Below, piece after piece: positions 33,818-42,745 of a DNA stretch of 60,325 nucleotides. Position numbers and translations under genes: made by a program. Source of the stretch: Planctomycetia bacterium (GTDB taxonomy: Bacteria; Planctomycetota; Phycisphaerae; FEN-1346); contig PMZT01000246.1 in assembly GCA_003170085.1 (NCBI GenBank), positions 1 to 60,325 of the forward strand, written 5' to 3'. Under the pieces are notes generated by a model. The model made no database searches and had not been told where the DNA came from. It saw nothing but the letters and a program-made list of their open reading frames with translations. Position 1 is the stretch's first letter. Each line of letters opens with the position of its first letter.

Positions 33818-35479
33818 GTGCGAATCGCATGTTTTCTGGCCACCGCGGTGTGCCTGATGGAACTTGGCGCCCTCGGCGCGGACGCCGCTGCGCCGCCGAA
33901 GGTGGGCTTGTCCGCCGAAGCCTTGGCGAAGGTGGGCGACGTGATCTTTGCCGCCGATTTCTCGGGGACCGATGCGCTGGCCGGGTGGACCCGCGCGGGA
34001 AACGCCAAGATCGACACGAGTGCGCCCGGCGGTCACGCCGTGATGATTGAGTGTACGCCCGAAATGCCCTCGCGCGGCGCCAACATTCAGCGGCCGCTGC
34101 CGGTGGAGCGGCTGCGGGGCTGCAAGCTGATCTTCTCGGCGCGGGTCAAGGCCGAGAACGTCTCGGCGAAGCCGAACCCGTGGAATGGGATCAAGTTCAT
34201 GGCGCCCATCGTGGCCCCCGGCGGCAAGCAGTGGCACCAGGGCGAGATCGGCACGGGCACGTTTGACTGGCGGCCGGTCGCGTGGCAGGCGGCTGTGCCG
34301 GCCGACGCCACCGAGGTCTCGCTCGTCCTGGGCCTCGAACAGGTCACGGGCAAGGTGTGGTTTGAGGATGTGAAGGTGGTCGTCCGCCGCCCGCCGGTGG
34401 TCGCCCAGCCGCGCGCGTCGGAAGGGCCGCCGTACAAGGGCCACAACCTGCCGCGCCTGCGCGGGGCGATGATCAGCCCGAATATCGACGAGGACGGTCT
34501 GCGGACGTTCGGCCGCGACTGGAACGCCAACCTCATCCGCTGGCAGCTCATTCATACGCGCGGCGGGTTGCCCGTGACGACGTTGGCCGAGTATGATGCG
34601 TGGCTCGAAAACGAGCTCAAGAAGCTCGATGCGGCGCTTCCGCTCTGCGAAAAGTACGGCCTCTACGTGGTCGTGGACATTCACTCGCCGCCCGGCGGCA
34701 AGCCCACGACGAGCGGCTACGTGGGGTCCGACGACCGGTTCTTCTCCGACAAGGCGTGCCAGGACAAGTTCATTGAGGTCTGGCAGAAGATGGCCAGGCG
34801 GTATCGCGGGGCCAAGGCGGTCTGGGGCTATGACCTGGCGAACGAGCCGGTCGAGAACACCTTCGGCGAGGGCTGCGACGACTGGCAGGCTCTGGCCGAG
34901 CGCGCCGCCAAGGCGATCCGCGAGATCGACCCCGAACGCGCGATCATCGTTGAGCCGGCGGCGTGGGGCGGCCCGGGCGGGCTCGACGAACTTCAGCCCA
35001 TCAACGTGCCCAACGTGGTGTATAGCGTCCACATGTACATCCCCCACGCCTTCACGCATCAGGGCGTCTTCGACGACGGGAAGAAGCAATACGTGTACCC
35101 CGGCACGATCGAAGGCAAGAGGTGGGACCGGGCGGCGCTGGAGGCGGCGCTGAAGCCGGCCGTGGATTTTCAGAAGAAGTACGGCGTTCACATCTATATC
35201 GGCGAGTTCAGCGCCATCCGCTGGGCGCCCGATCAAAGTGCATGCCGCTACCTGAAGGACGTGATCGATATCTTCGAGTCGCACGGCTGGGACTGGTCGT
35301 ACCACGCCTTCCGCGAGTGGGACGGCTGGAGCGTCGAGCACGGCTCCGACCGTGCCAGCCGCGCGCGGGCCGCCGAGCCGACCGACCGCGAGAAGCTCCT
35401 GCGCGAGTGGTTCGCGAAGAACCAGAAGCCGGCGTGGAGCCTCCCGGCAGCGCCGCCGCAGGGGAAGGATAGTAAATGA
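33818..35479 (+). CDS. glycoside hydrolase family 5 (cellulase/mannanase-type) with an N-terminal CBM-like domain
   Basis: AAGGAG lies 8 nt before GTG 33818, followed by a signal peptide. Acid/base motif DLANEPV, nucleophile motif IYIGEFSA, and WSYHAFREWDGW. Confidence 0.8.
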   Translation: MRIACFLATAVCLMELGALGADAAAPPKVGLSAEALAKVGDVIFAADFSGTDALAGWTRAGNAKIDTSAPGGHAVMIECTPEMPSRGANIQRPLPVERLRGCKLIFSARVKAENVSAKPNPWNGIKFMAPIVAPGGKQWHQGEIGTGTFDWRPVAWQAAVPADATEVSLVLGLEQVTGKVWFEDVKVVVRRPPVVAQPRASEGPPYKGHNLPRLRGAMISPNIDEDGLRTFGRDWNANLIRWQLIHTRGGLPVTTLAEYDAWLENELKKLDAALPLCEKYGLYVVVDIHSPPGGKPTTSGYVGSDDRFFSDKACQDKFIEVWQKMARRYRGAKAVWGYDLANEPVENTFGEGCDDWQALAERAAKAIREIDPERAIIVEPAAWGGPGGLDELQPINVPNVVYSVHMYIPHAFTHQGVFDDGKKQYVYPGTIEGKRWDRAALEAALKPAVDFQKKYGVHIYIGEFSAIRWAPDQSACRYLKDVIDIFESHGWDWSYHAFREWDGWSVEHGSDRASRARAAEPTDREKLLREWFAKNQKPAWSLPAAPPQGKDSK

Positions 35480-35668
35480 GGAAGCCGACTTTATTGGCGA
35501 TCCAGGACGGGAAGGCGACGGAACGGCTGCGCCCGCACCGCACGTTCGAGGATTCGTGCAAGTTCGAGATCTCGCTCACGAGCTGCCCGGTGCCGCAGGC
35601 GAAATGACGAACGAGTGGCGCCGTGTGATGCAGGTGGTCAGAGAATCGGTAATAAGGAAGGAAGAATA

Positions 35669-35762
35669 CTGGCGGAGAGGCCGGGATTCGAACCCGGGAT
35701 CAGGGTTTAAGCCCCGATAACGGTTTAGCAAACCGTCGCTTTCGGCCGCTCAGCCACCTCTC
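35669..35762 (-). tRNA. tRNA-Ser (anticodon GCU), CCA encoded
   Basis: The minus-strand sequence GGAGAGGTGGCTGAGCGGCCGAAAGCGACGGTTTGCTAAACCGTTATCGGGGCTTAAACCCTGATCCCGGGTTCGAATCCCGGCCTCTCCGCCA folds as a cloverleaf. Acceptor GGAGAGG/CCTCTCC, anticodon stem ACGGT/ACCGT with loop TTGCTAA, a long variable arm, and T-arm CCGGG-TTCGAAT-CCCGG. Confidence 0.9.
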
Positions 35763-35938
35763 CGCGCGGCTTGCCGACAAGGCCATTCTACTTCATCCCT
35801 ATCGGCTGTCAAGCCGCGGCGTCTTCAAACCGTCCGAAAAGGATTTGACCCGGTGTGGCACAGGGCCTAAATTCTGTCGAGAGAAGGGCGATGCCGGCCG
35901 TACAAGCGAGCCGTCGCGCCTCGTTCTCATCCTCAATT

Positions 35939-35962
35939 TTGAACCTTGAACTTCGCACTTCC
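35939..35962. repeat. degenerate 7-bp tandem array (TTGAACC TTGAACT TCGCACT TCC)
   Basis: Read directly, immediately upstream of the ATG at 35974. Confidence 0.6.
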
Positions 35963-35973
35963 GTGGAGCCTTT

Positions 35974-37122
35974 ATGAACGACCGCGAGCGTTTCATGGCC
36001 ACGATGCGATACCAGCCGCGCGACCGCTGCCCGATCTGGGATTTCGGGTTCTGGGATGAGACGCTCGTCCGCTGGCACGGTGAGGGTCTGCCCGACGACG
36101 TCGCCACCAACCCGCAGGCCGCGCGGTTCTTCGGCATGGATGAGTTTGACACGAGTTGCAGCGTCCTCACCGGCCTCTTGCCGGAGTTCGAGCAGGCGGT
36201 GATCCGCCTGGACGACCAGTACCGCTGGGTCCGCCGGGCCGACGGCGTGACCGAGAAGTGGCACCGGCACTCGACCACCATCCCCGAGCCGACGGAGTTC
36301 CTCCTCATCGGCCGCGACTCGTGGCCGGAGTACAAGAAACGGCTCGACCCGGCCGATCCCCGTCGCATCCCCGCCGACTATGCGGCGCGCCTCGCCGAGC
36401 ACCGCGACGCCACGCGCACGTATCCGCTTTCGATCTGGGCGGGCAGCCTGTACGGGCGCCTGCGCGACTGGATCGGCGTGACGAACCTGAGCCTGATGCT
36501 GTACGACGACCGCGCGCTGGTCGAGGAGATGGTCGAGAGGCTTGCCCAGTGCGTGCTCGCGCCGCTCGAAAAGGCCCTGAAGATGGCGCGGGAGCAGGGC
36601 GTGACGTTTGATTATGCGAGCATGTGGGAGGACATCTGCTTCAACCGCGGGCCGCTCCTCTCGCCCGGGATGTTTCACGAGATGTGCGGGCCGTGGTACC
36701 GCCGCATCACCGATCTCCTGCGGTCGTACGGCTGCGAGGTCGTGCAACTGGATTGCGACGGCAAGATCGACGAGCTCATGCCCACGTGGCTCGACAATGG
36801 CGTCAACTGCATGTTCCCCATCGAGATGGGCGACTGGGCCGACCCGGTCGCGATGCGCCGCCGCTGGGGCAAGGGCCTGCTCATGCGCGGCGGGTTCGAC
36901 AAGCACGTCCTCGCCCGCGGCCCCGACGCGATCCGGGCCGAGGTGAAACGCCTGACCCCGCTGGTGGACGAGGGGGCGTTCATCCCGCACTGCGATCACC
37001 GCGTGCCCGCCGACGTCCCGATGGCCCACTACCTCGTCTACGTCGAAGAGGCGAAGCGCGTGTGGGGCCAGGGCCTGCCGAATCTGCGGCCGATGGGGGC
37101 AATGAAAGGAAGTGCAAAGTGA
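35974..37122 (+). CDS. uroporphyrinogen-decarboxylase (URO-D) family protein, non-MtaA subtype
   Basis: RERFMATMRYQPRDRCPIWDFG, MWEDICFNRGPLLSPGMF and FIPHCDHRVPADVP are typical of the URO-D-like proteins found beside carbohydrate genes. The substrate is unknown. Confidence 0.65.
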   Translation: MNDRERFMATMRYQPRDRCPIWDFGFWDETLVRWHGEGLPDDVATNPQAARFFGMDEFDTSCSVLTGLLPEFEQAVIRLDDQYRWVRRADGVTEKWHRHSTTIPEPTEFLLIGRDSWPEYKKRLDPADPRRIPADYAARLAEHRDATRTYPLSIWAGSLYGRLRDWIGVTNLSLMLYDDRALVEEMVERLAQCVLAPLEKALKMAREQGVTFDYASMWEDICFNRGPLLSPGMFHEMCGPWYRRITDLLRSYGCEVVQLDCDGKIDELMPTWLDNGVNCMFPIEMGDWADPVAMRRRWGKGLLMRGGFDKHVLARGPDAIRAEVKRLTPLVDEGAFIPHCDHRVPADVPMAHYLVYVEEAKRVWGQGLPNLRPMGAMKGSAK

Positions 37123-37277
37123 AAAAGGGCCGCAAGGTGGACACCAAGGCCCGGGTTCGCAAACGGGACCGCAAATCAACAGAAGACTGCGAAGACGTTG
37201 CGGCCGCCAAGAAAGCCATGGCGGAATCAAAGGTGAGAATCCCGTACGAGAAGGTCCGCAAAGAACTGGGGTTGTAA
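37119..37277 (+). CDS. small basic protein (52 aa) with an antitoxin-like C-terminus; hypothetical
   Basis: GTG overlaps the upstream stop (GTGA). Sequence VKKGRKVDTKARVRKRDRKSTEDCEDVAAAKKAMAESKVRIPYEKVRKELGL. The C-terminal ED..aa..A.....IP.E.V.KELGL pattern resembles tails of RelB/Phd-type antitoxins. This is a weak call. Confidence 0.3.
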   Translation: MKKGRKVDTKARVRKRDRKSTEDCEDVAAAKKAMAESKVRIPYEKVRKELGL

Positions 37278-37399
37278 GTTGAGCGCCGGGCTTTCACGCC
37301 AGCCGAAGCTCGCCGCAACATACGGGTCCAGCCAAGAACTGTTGTGTAGCGGGTAGAAGCATGTATACTGGCTCTTGTCGGTGATTGGGAGGGACCCGC

Positions 37400-38620
37400 G
37401 TGATCGAATCGCCTGTTGTTTCCGAGAAGGCCGCGTTGGATAAGTTCCTGGCGGACAACCCCGAGTTGGAAGCCCTTTCAGCGCGGCTGTCAACGTTTAA
37501 TGTGTTCCGTGCACTCCGGATTGAGCACGAAGAAATCCGACATAGCAACGTGCTGGCGTGGCTCCTGGACCCGCGGGAGTCCCACGGGCTGGATGATATT
37601 GTGCTTCGCCGAATACTGTCGAACATCCTGCTTGAGGCGGGATCGGAGAGGTCGGAAGCGTTGGGTATCTCGGCGGCCCAGGTGGAACTCATGGATTTGA
37701 CGGACGTCGATGTTCGCCGCGAGCGGGAGCATATCGACGTGCTGGTTGTGATTCGTCCGCCAAATGAAGATGAAAAGGGCGTTGTGCTGCTCGTGGAAAA
37801 CAAGATCCACAGTGGTGAGGGCGAGGGGCAGTTGAATCGCTATCGCGAGCAAGTGACCAAGGAATTTCCGGAATTCACCCTTGTTCCGGTGTTTCTGACC
37901 CTCGATGGTGAAGATGCGGGTGAGGCCGAGGCCGAAACGTTCATTTCATACAGCCATCGCCAAGTTTTGTCCGTCTTGGAGAGAATCATCGACCAGCGGC
38001 GGCAGCAATTGCCCGGCGCGGTTGCCGTGTTCCTGGACCAGTACATGGAGACCTTACGGAGGCTTACGATGCAAGAAAATGACCTCGCAGACTTGTGCAA
38101 GAAGATCTACCGAACTCACCGTAAGGCCATTGACCTCATCACCAAGTATGGCATGGCCAGCAGATTCGAGGAGGTTGCCAACGACATCCTCAAGGAAGAA
38201 GGCCCTTTCGAGGTGCTTTCATCGGATGGAAGGTCTATCTGGTTCCTTCCCGTGTCCTGGGCGAGAGTGGTGCCGGAAAATGGCGCGGTATGGAAAAACC
38301 TCAAGAGGCAGGTGAGTGTGGCGTGTTGGCTGGTGAAAAGAAAGGACAAGATCCAGATTGTGTTTGAAGTGTCTCGCATGGATGATCCCCAAAAACGTCT
38401 TGCTTGCGTGACGGCCCTCCGCAAGGCTGGCTTCCGCCTCATCAAGGCAGCCTTTGATGAGGATGCAACGTACAGCCGGTTCTTCTCCGCCTTCCACGAA
38501 GTTGCCGATTACGACGACGCGGAAGAGGTTCGAAAGGCCGTGGGCTCGCTTCTTGCCAAGGCGAAAGAGCAATTCCCCAAGGCGGCGGTTGCGCTTACAG
38601 AGGTGTTTTGTAGCAAGTGA
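37400..38620 (+). CDS. PD-(D/E)XK nuclease superfamily protein (PDDEXK_4-like)
   Basis: GGGAGG lies 7 nt before GTG 37400. FNVFRALRIEHEEIRHSNVLAWLLDPRESHGL is the hallmark N-terminus of this family. The catalytic D...E-x-K is in IDVLVVIR...VLLVENKIHSGEGEGQLNRY. GC is about 10 points below the flanks. Confidence 0.7.
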   Translation: MIESPVVSEKAALDKFLADNPELEALSARLSTFNVFRALRIEHEEIRHSNVLAWLLDPRESHGLDDIVLRRILSNILLEAGSERSEALGISAAQVELMDLTDVDVRREREHIDVLVVIRPPNEDEKGVVLLVENKIHSGEGEGQLNRYREQVTKEFPEFTLVPVFLTLDGEDAGEAEAETFISYSHRQVLSVLERIIDQRRQQLPGAVAVFLDQYMETLRRLTMQENDLADLCKKIYRTHRKAIDLITKYGMASRFEEVANDILKEEGPFEVLSSDGRSIWFLPVSWARVVPENGAVWKNLKRQVSVACWLVKRKDKIQIVFEVSRMDDPQKRLACVTALRKAGFRLIKAAFDEDATYSRFFSAFHEVADYDDAEEVRKAVGSLLAKAKEQFPKAAVALTEVFCSK

Positions 38621-38712
38621 TTGGGCTGCCGTCGATTCCGTACACCGCTTCCGCGAAACAAGGCGCATGCCAGGGCTTGGCATAGTTCCAGCCAATACTA
38701 CAACGCATATTC

Positions 38713-38740
38713 GCGCGGCAGGTACGGAGACCCGCCGCGC
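38713..38740. repeat. 28-nt hairpin element GCGCGGCAGGT-ACGGAG-ACCCGCCGCGC (copy 1 of 2)
   Basis: 11-bp stem with 1 mismatch. A nearly identical copy lies at 50970-50997. This copy sits between convergent genes. Confidence 0.7.
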
Positions 38741-38771
38741 AAAGTTGTCTCTATCGCTATAGTGTAAACCG

Positions 38772-40133
38772 TTACGAGCGCCGGCCGCGCTGCTTACGCC
38801 GGGGCGGCTTCTTCTCGTCGTCCTCGACATGCGCCCGCAGGATCAGTCGGAGCGGGACTTCGGGGAAGGGCAGTTCGGTGCGAAGGCGGCGCTCGACGAA
38901 CCGGCGGTAATCCTCGTGAAAGAGGTCGGGGTTATTCACGAAGAGCACGATCGTGGGCGGGCAGGTAGCCACCTGGGTACCGTAATAGATCTTCGGCAGC
39001 ACCGCGCCGGGCGACGGCGGGTGGTAGGTCCGGATGGCGCTCTCGATCACGCGGTTGAGCGAGGCGGTTGAGACGCGCGTGGAGGTCTGCTTGAAAAGGT
39101 TCCGCGCCAGGTCGACCGTGATGAGGACGTTCTTCGCGTCCTTGGCCGTGACGCACGTGATCGGGGCGTACGAGAGGCCCGGCAGCGCCTTACCCAGGTA
39201 CTCCACATAGTCCTCGCTTGTGGCCTTGCCCATGGCCTGGTCGAACTTGCTGACGACCAGGACGACCGGCTTCATCTCCTTCTCGATGGCCGAGCCCAGG
39301 CGTTTGTCGACCTGGCTGACCTCCGACGGGGCGTCGAGCAGAAAGAGCACGACGTCGGCCCGGCGGATCGATTCCATCGCCCGCGTGAGGCTGTAAAACT
39401 CGATGTCGTTGGCGATGCTCTTGCGCTTGCGAAGGCCGGCGGTGTCGATGGCCACGTACGTCAGGCCGTCCTTCTCAAAGCGGATGTCGACGGCGTCGCG
39501 CGTCGTTCCGGGAATCTCGGAAACGATGACCCGCTCGGACCCCGCCAGGGCGTTGATGAACGTGCTCTTGCCGGCGTTGCGTTTGCCGACGACGGCGATC
39601 TTCATGGCGACTTCGGCCGGGGCCTCGCCAGTCTCGGGCGGCAGGCGGTCGAGGATGGCGTCGAGGAGTTCGTAGCGGCCGCGCGAGTGTTTCGCGCTCA
39701 CGGCGATGATCGGCGTAAAGCCGAGCGAGTAAAAGTCGTTCGCGCCGAGGGCGAACTTGTCGTTGTCGGACTTGTTGGCGGCCACGAGGATCGGGGCCTG
39801 GACCTTGCGCAGTCGCTTGGCGATCTCCTCGTCGAGCGGCGTGCGGCCGTCCATCACGTCCACCGCGAAGATGATGACCGCGGCCTCGCGCAGGGCGTAC
39901 TCGATCTGCCGCGCGACGTCGGCGGCAAGCTCGCTCGAGGTCTTGAAGTCCATGCCGCCGGTATCGATCAGGTCGAACCAGCGGCCCTTGTACTCGATGA
40001 TCGTTGAGATGCGGTCGCGCGTGACGCCGGCCGTGGGCTCGACGATGGAAATACGCTGCCGGGCCAGCATGTTGAGCATGCTGGACTTGCCCACGTTGGG
40101 CCGGCCGACGATGACGACTTGCGGCAGTGGCAT
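38772..40133 (-). CDS. der: ribosome-biogenesis GTPase Der (EngA)
   Basis: Two tandem GTPase domains (GRPNVGKSS...DTGG...NKSD and GKRNAGKST...DTAG...SKFD) followed by a KH-like C-terminal domain. Confidence 0.92.
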   Translation of the reverse strand: MPLPQVVIVGRPNVGKSSMLNMLARQRISIVEPTAGVTRDRISTIIEYKGRWFDLIDTGGMDFKTSSELAADVARQIEYALREAAVIIFAVDVMDGRTPLDEEIAKRLRKVQAPILVAANKSDNDKFALGANDFYSLGFTPIIAVSAKHSRGRYELLDAILDRLPPETGEAPAEVAMKIAVVGKRNAGKSTFINALAGSERVIVSEIPGTTRDAVDIRFEKDGLTYVAIDTAGLRKRKSIANDIEFYSLTRAMESIRRADVVLFLLDAPSEVSQVDKRLGSAIEKEMKPVVLVVSKFDQAMGKATSEDYVEYLGKALPGLSYAPITCVTAKDAKNVLITVDLARNLFKQTSTRVSTASLNRVIESAIRTYHPPSPGAVLPKIYYGTQVATCPPTIVLFVNNPDLFHEDYRRFVERRLRTELPFPEVPLRLILRAHVEDDEKKPPRRKQRGRRS

Positions 40134-40145
40134 AGATTAGTCCAA

Positions 40146-41204
40146 TTAGACCTTGGGCTTGAAGCGCTTCAGCGGCAACAGCACGGTCTTGCCCGTCTGG
40201 GCCGACTTGTAGATCGCGCAAATCACTTCGACGGCTTTGCGGTGCTGTTCGACCGAGACGATGGGGTCGCGGCCCTCGCGCGCCGCCCGCGCGACGTCGT
40301 CGAGGTTGCGGGCGAAAATATCGCTCACGAGGTGCATCGGGTCGCTCGAGGCGCCCGTGTCGGCCGGGGCGGCGGCGGGCTTGCCGGCCTTCTCGGCCTC
40401 GAGTTCGTCGGCCAGTTTCCACAGTGTGGCCTTGTCGTCATCCAGGTAGATCATGCCCTTGGTGCCGCAGAGTTCGTGGTGTACGGCCGACCCGGGGAAC
40501 GACGACGTGGAGCCCAGGATCGCCCCGAGCGCGCCGCTTTCGAACTCGACGGTGGCCACCGCAACGTCCTCGACCTCGATGCGCTCGTGGGCCAGGCGGG
40601 CGGTCTTCGCGGTGATCGCCTTGATCGGGCCGCACAGGTACACGAGGAGGTCGATCGCGTGGACGGCCTGATTCATGAGGCACCCGCCGCCGTCCAGCTT
40701 CCACGTGCCGCGCCAGTCGCCGGAATCGTAGTACTCCTGCGCGCGCCACCACGGCGTATTGCAGAGGGCGAACGTGATTCTGCCGAGGCGGCCGGCGTCG
40801 ATCGCGGCCTTGGCGCGCCGCGTGTCGTCGGCGAAACGGTGCTGGAAGATGCCGCCGTACGTCCGCCCCGACTTGCGGACGGCCTTGATGATCTGATCGC
40901 AGCGCTGCGGCGTCACGTCCTGCGGCTTCTCGGAGATGACGTGCTTGCCGGCCCGGACGGCGGCGATGATGATGTCGCCGTGCAGGCCGGTCGGCACGCA
41001 CACGTCGATGAAGTCGATGTCCTTGCGCTTCAGGACGGCCTTGAGTTCGGTGAACCAGGGCACGCCGTATTGCTCGCCCACCTTCTGGGCCTTTTCGGGC
41101 ACGATATCGACGACCGCGGCCAACTGGATTTTCTGGGTCGACTGGTAGCACTTGCAGTGATGCCCGCCGATGCCGCCGACGCCGACGACCGCCACCTTGA
41201 ACAT
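40146..41204 (-). CDS. Gfo/Idh/MocA-family NAD(P)-dependent oxidoreductase
   Basis: Rossmann motif MFKVAVVGVGGIGGHH, the EKP motif (HVISEKPQ), and a C-terminal alpha/beta domain. Confidence 0.85.
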   Translation of the reverse strand: MFKVAVVGVGGIGGHHCKCYQSTQKIQLAAVVDIVPEKAQKVGEQYGVPWFTELKAVLKRKDIDFIDVCVPTGLHGDIIIAAVRAGKHVISEKPQDVTPQRCDQIIKAVRKSGRTYGGIFQHRFADDTRRAKAAIDAGRLGRITFALCNTPWWRAQEYYDSGDWRGTWKLDGGGCLMNQAVHAIDLLVYLCGPIKAITAKTARLAHERIEVEDVAVATVEFESGALGAILGSTSSFPGSAVHHELCGTKGMIYLDDDKATLWKLADELEAEKAGKPAAAPADTGASSDPMHLVSDIFARNLDDVARAAREGRDPIVSVEQHRKAVEVICAIYKSAQTGKTVLLPLKRFKPKV

Positions 41205-41325
41205 GGTATTCCTTTCGCGATGAATAACGAAGTTACGAACGCGCCGCGTCGTGGCAGTCGCTGCGGCGACCCCCCGGCTGTGCATTGCCTTGCCCACCCG
41301 AGGGCGCCCGCCGCGGCGGGAGGGG

Positions 41326-42579
41326 TTACTTGAGGGCCAGGCGGCCCCAGCGGCGCTTGCCCACGCGGAGGATCGCGCCGGCGGTCACGGCGACCTGCGT
41401 CTTGGGGTCGGTGATCACCTCGTCATCGATCGAGACGCCGCCCTGCGTGACGAGGCGCATCGCCTCGCTGTTGGAGGTTGCGAATCCCGCCAGGACGATC
41501 AGCCGCGCCAGGCCGATCTTCCCGCCGGCCAGGTCCGACGTCTTCACGGCGACCTCGGGGATCTCGCTCGGCTTCTCCTTGTCGCTGAAGATCCGCCGAA
41601 ACTCCGCGGCCGCCGCCATCGCAGCGTCTTGGCCGTAGTAGCGGGTGAGGATGGCCACGGCCAGCCGCTCCTTCGCCTCGCGCGGGTGCATAGAACTCAG
41701 GGTTTGCTGGATTTCCTGCACGGGTACGGCCGTCAGCAGGGTGAAGTAGTTCTCCATGAGCGCATCGGGAATGCTCATGAGCTTGCCGAACATCTCGTTC
41801 GGGGCGTCGGTGATGCCCACATAGTTGCCCTTGGACTTCGACATCTTCTCGACGCCGTCGAGGCCCACCAGGAGGGGCATCGTCAGGACGATCTGCGGCT
41901 CGAGGCCGGCGTCGCGCATCAGGTCGCGACCGGCCAGGCAGTTGAACGTCTGGTCGGTGCCGCCGAGTTCCACATCGGCCCGTATCACGACCGAGTCGTA
42001 CGCCTGCATCAGCGGGTACAGGAACTCGTGGACGCCGATCGGGTCGCCCGCGCGGTGCCGCTTCTCGAACGTGTCGCGCTCGAGCATGCGGGCCACGGTC
42101 ATCTTGGCGGCGAGCTTGAGGACGTCGGCGAACGTGAGCTTGGCCAGCCACTCGCTATTGTGCCGCAGCTCCAGCCGGTCGGGGTTGGTATCGAGAACCT
42201 TGCCGGCCTGCTCGAAGTAGGTGCGGGCGTTCTTCTCGATCTGCTCGTCGGAAAGGACCGGCCGCGTGTGGTTCGCCCCCGTCGGATCGCCGATGCGGGC
42301 CGTGTAATCGCCGATGATCAGGACGGCCTTGTGCCCGAGGTCCTGAAACTGCCGCATCTTGCCCATGACGACCGTGTGGCCGAGGTGGATGTCGGGCGCC
42401 GTCGGGTCCATGCCCAGCTTGATGCGCAAGGAGCGTTTCTCGATGATGGCCCGGGCGAGCTTCCTGAGCAGTTCCTCGTCGGTGTAGACCTGGACGGCCC
42501 CGCGGCGCAGCAGGTCCAGTTGCCGCTTTGCCTCGTCCTTGACGGCCTGCGGAATGTCAGCCGGATTGGTCTCAGTCAC
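41326..42579 (-). CDS. tyrS: tyrosine--tRNA ligase
   Basis: HIGH motif (PDIHLGHTV), KMSKS present literally, YPLMQAYD, and a C-terminal S4-like domain. Confidence 0.92.
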   Translation of the reverse strand: MTETNPADIPQAVKDEAKRQLDLLRRGAVQVYTDEELLRKLARAIIEKRSLRIKLGMDPTAPDIHLGHTVVMGKMRQFQDLGHKAVLIIGDYTARIGDPTGANHTRPVLSDEQIEKNARTYFEQAGKVLDTNPDRLELRHNSEWLAKLTFADVLKLAAKMTVARMLERDTFEKRHRAGDPIGVHEFLYPLMQAYDSVVIRADVELGGTDQTFNCLAGRDLMRDAGLEPQIVLTMPLLVGLDGVEKMSKSKGNYVGITDAPNEMFGKLMSIPDALMENYFTLLTAVPVQEIQQTLSSMHPREAKERLAVAILTRYYGQDAAMAAAAEFRRIFSDKEKPSEIPEVAVKTSDLAGGKIGLARLIVLAGFATSNSEAMRLVTQGGVSIDDEVITDPKTQVAVTAGAILRVGKRRWGRLALK

Positions 42580-42745
42580 GCCCTGACGCCCTTTCGCACG
42601 ACCCTGAATCTCCCCAATATAGGCGAAATGGCCGCAGGTTCAAGGTTTTTCGCAGTGCGGCCGCACGTGTGGCCTTGTCGATAGAAGGATGGAGCGTATA
42701 TTAGCCATAGGGGAAGTGGCTGTTCTTCGAACCTGCGGAGGGCGA

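Noticed and set aside
35476-35607. 43-codon ORF (MRKPTLLAIQDGKATERLRPHRTFEDSCKFEISLTSCPVPQAK) overlapping the GH5 stop by ATGA
   Set aside because: No recognisable family and no RBS beyond the overlap. The short length and position next to the tRNA make a chance ORF equally likely.
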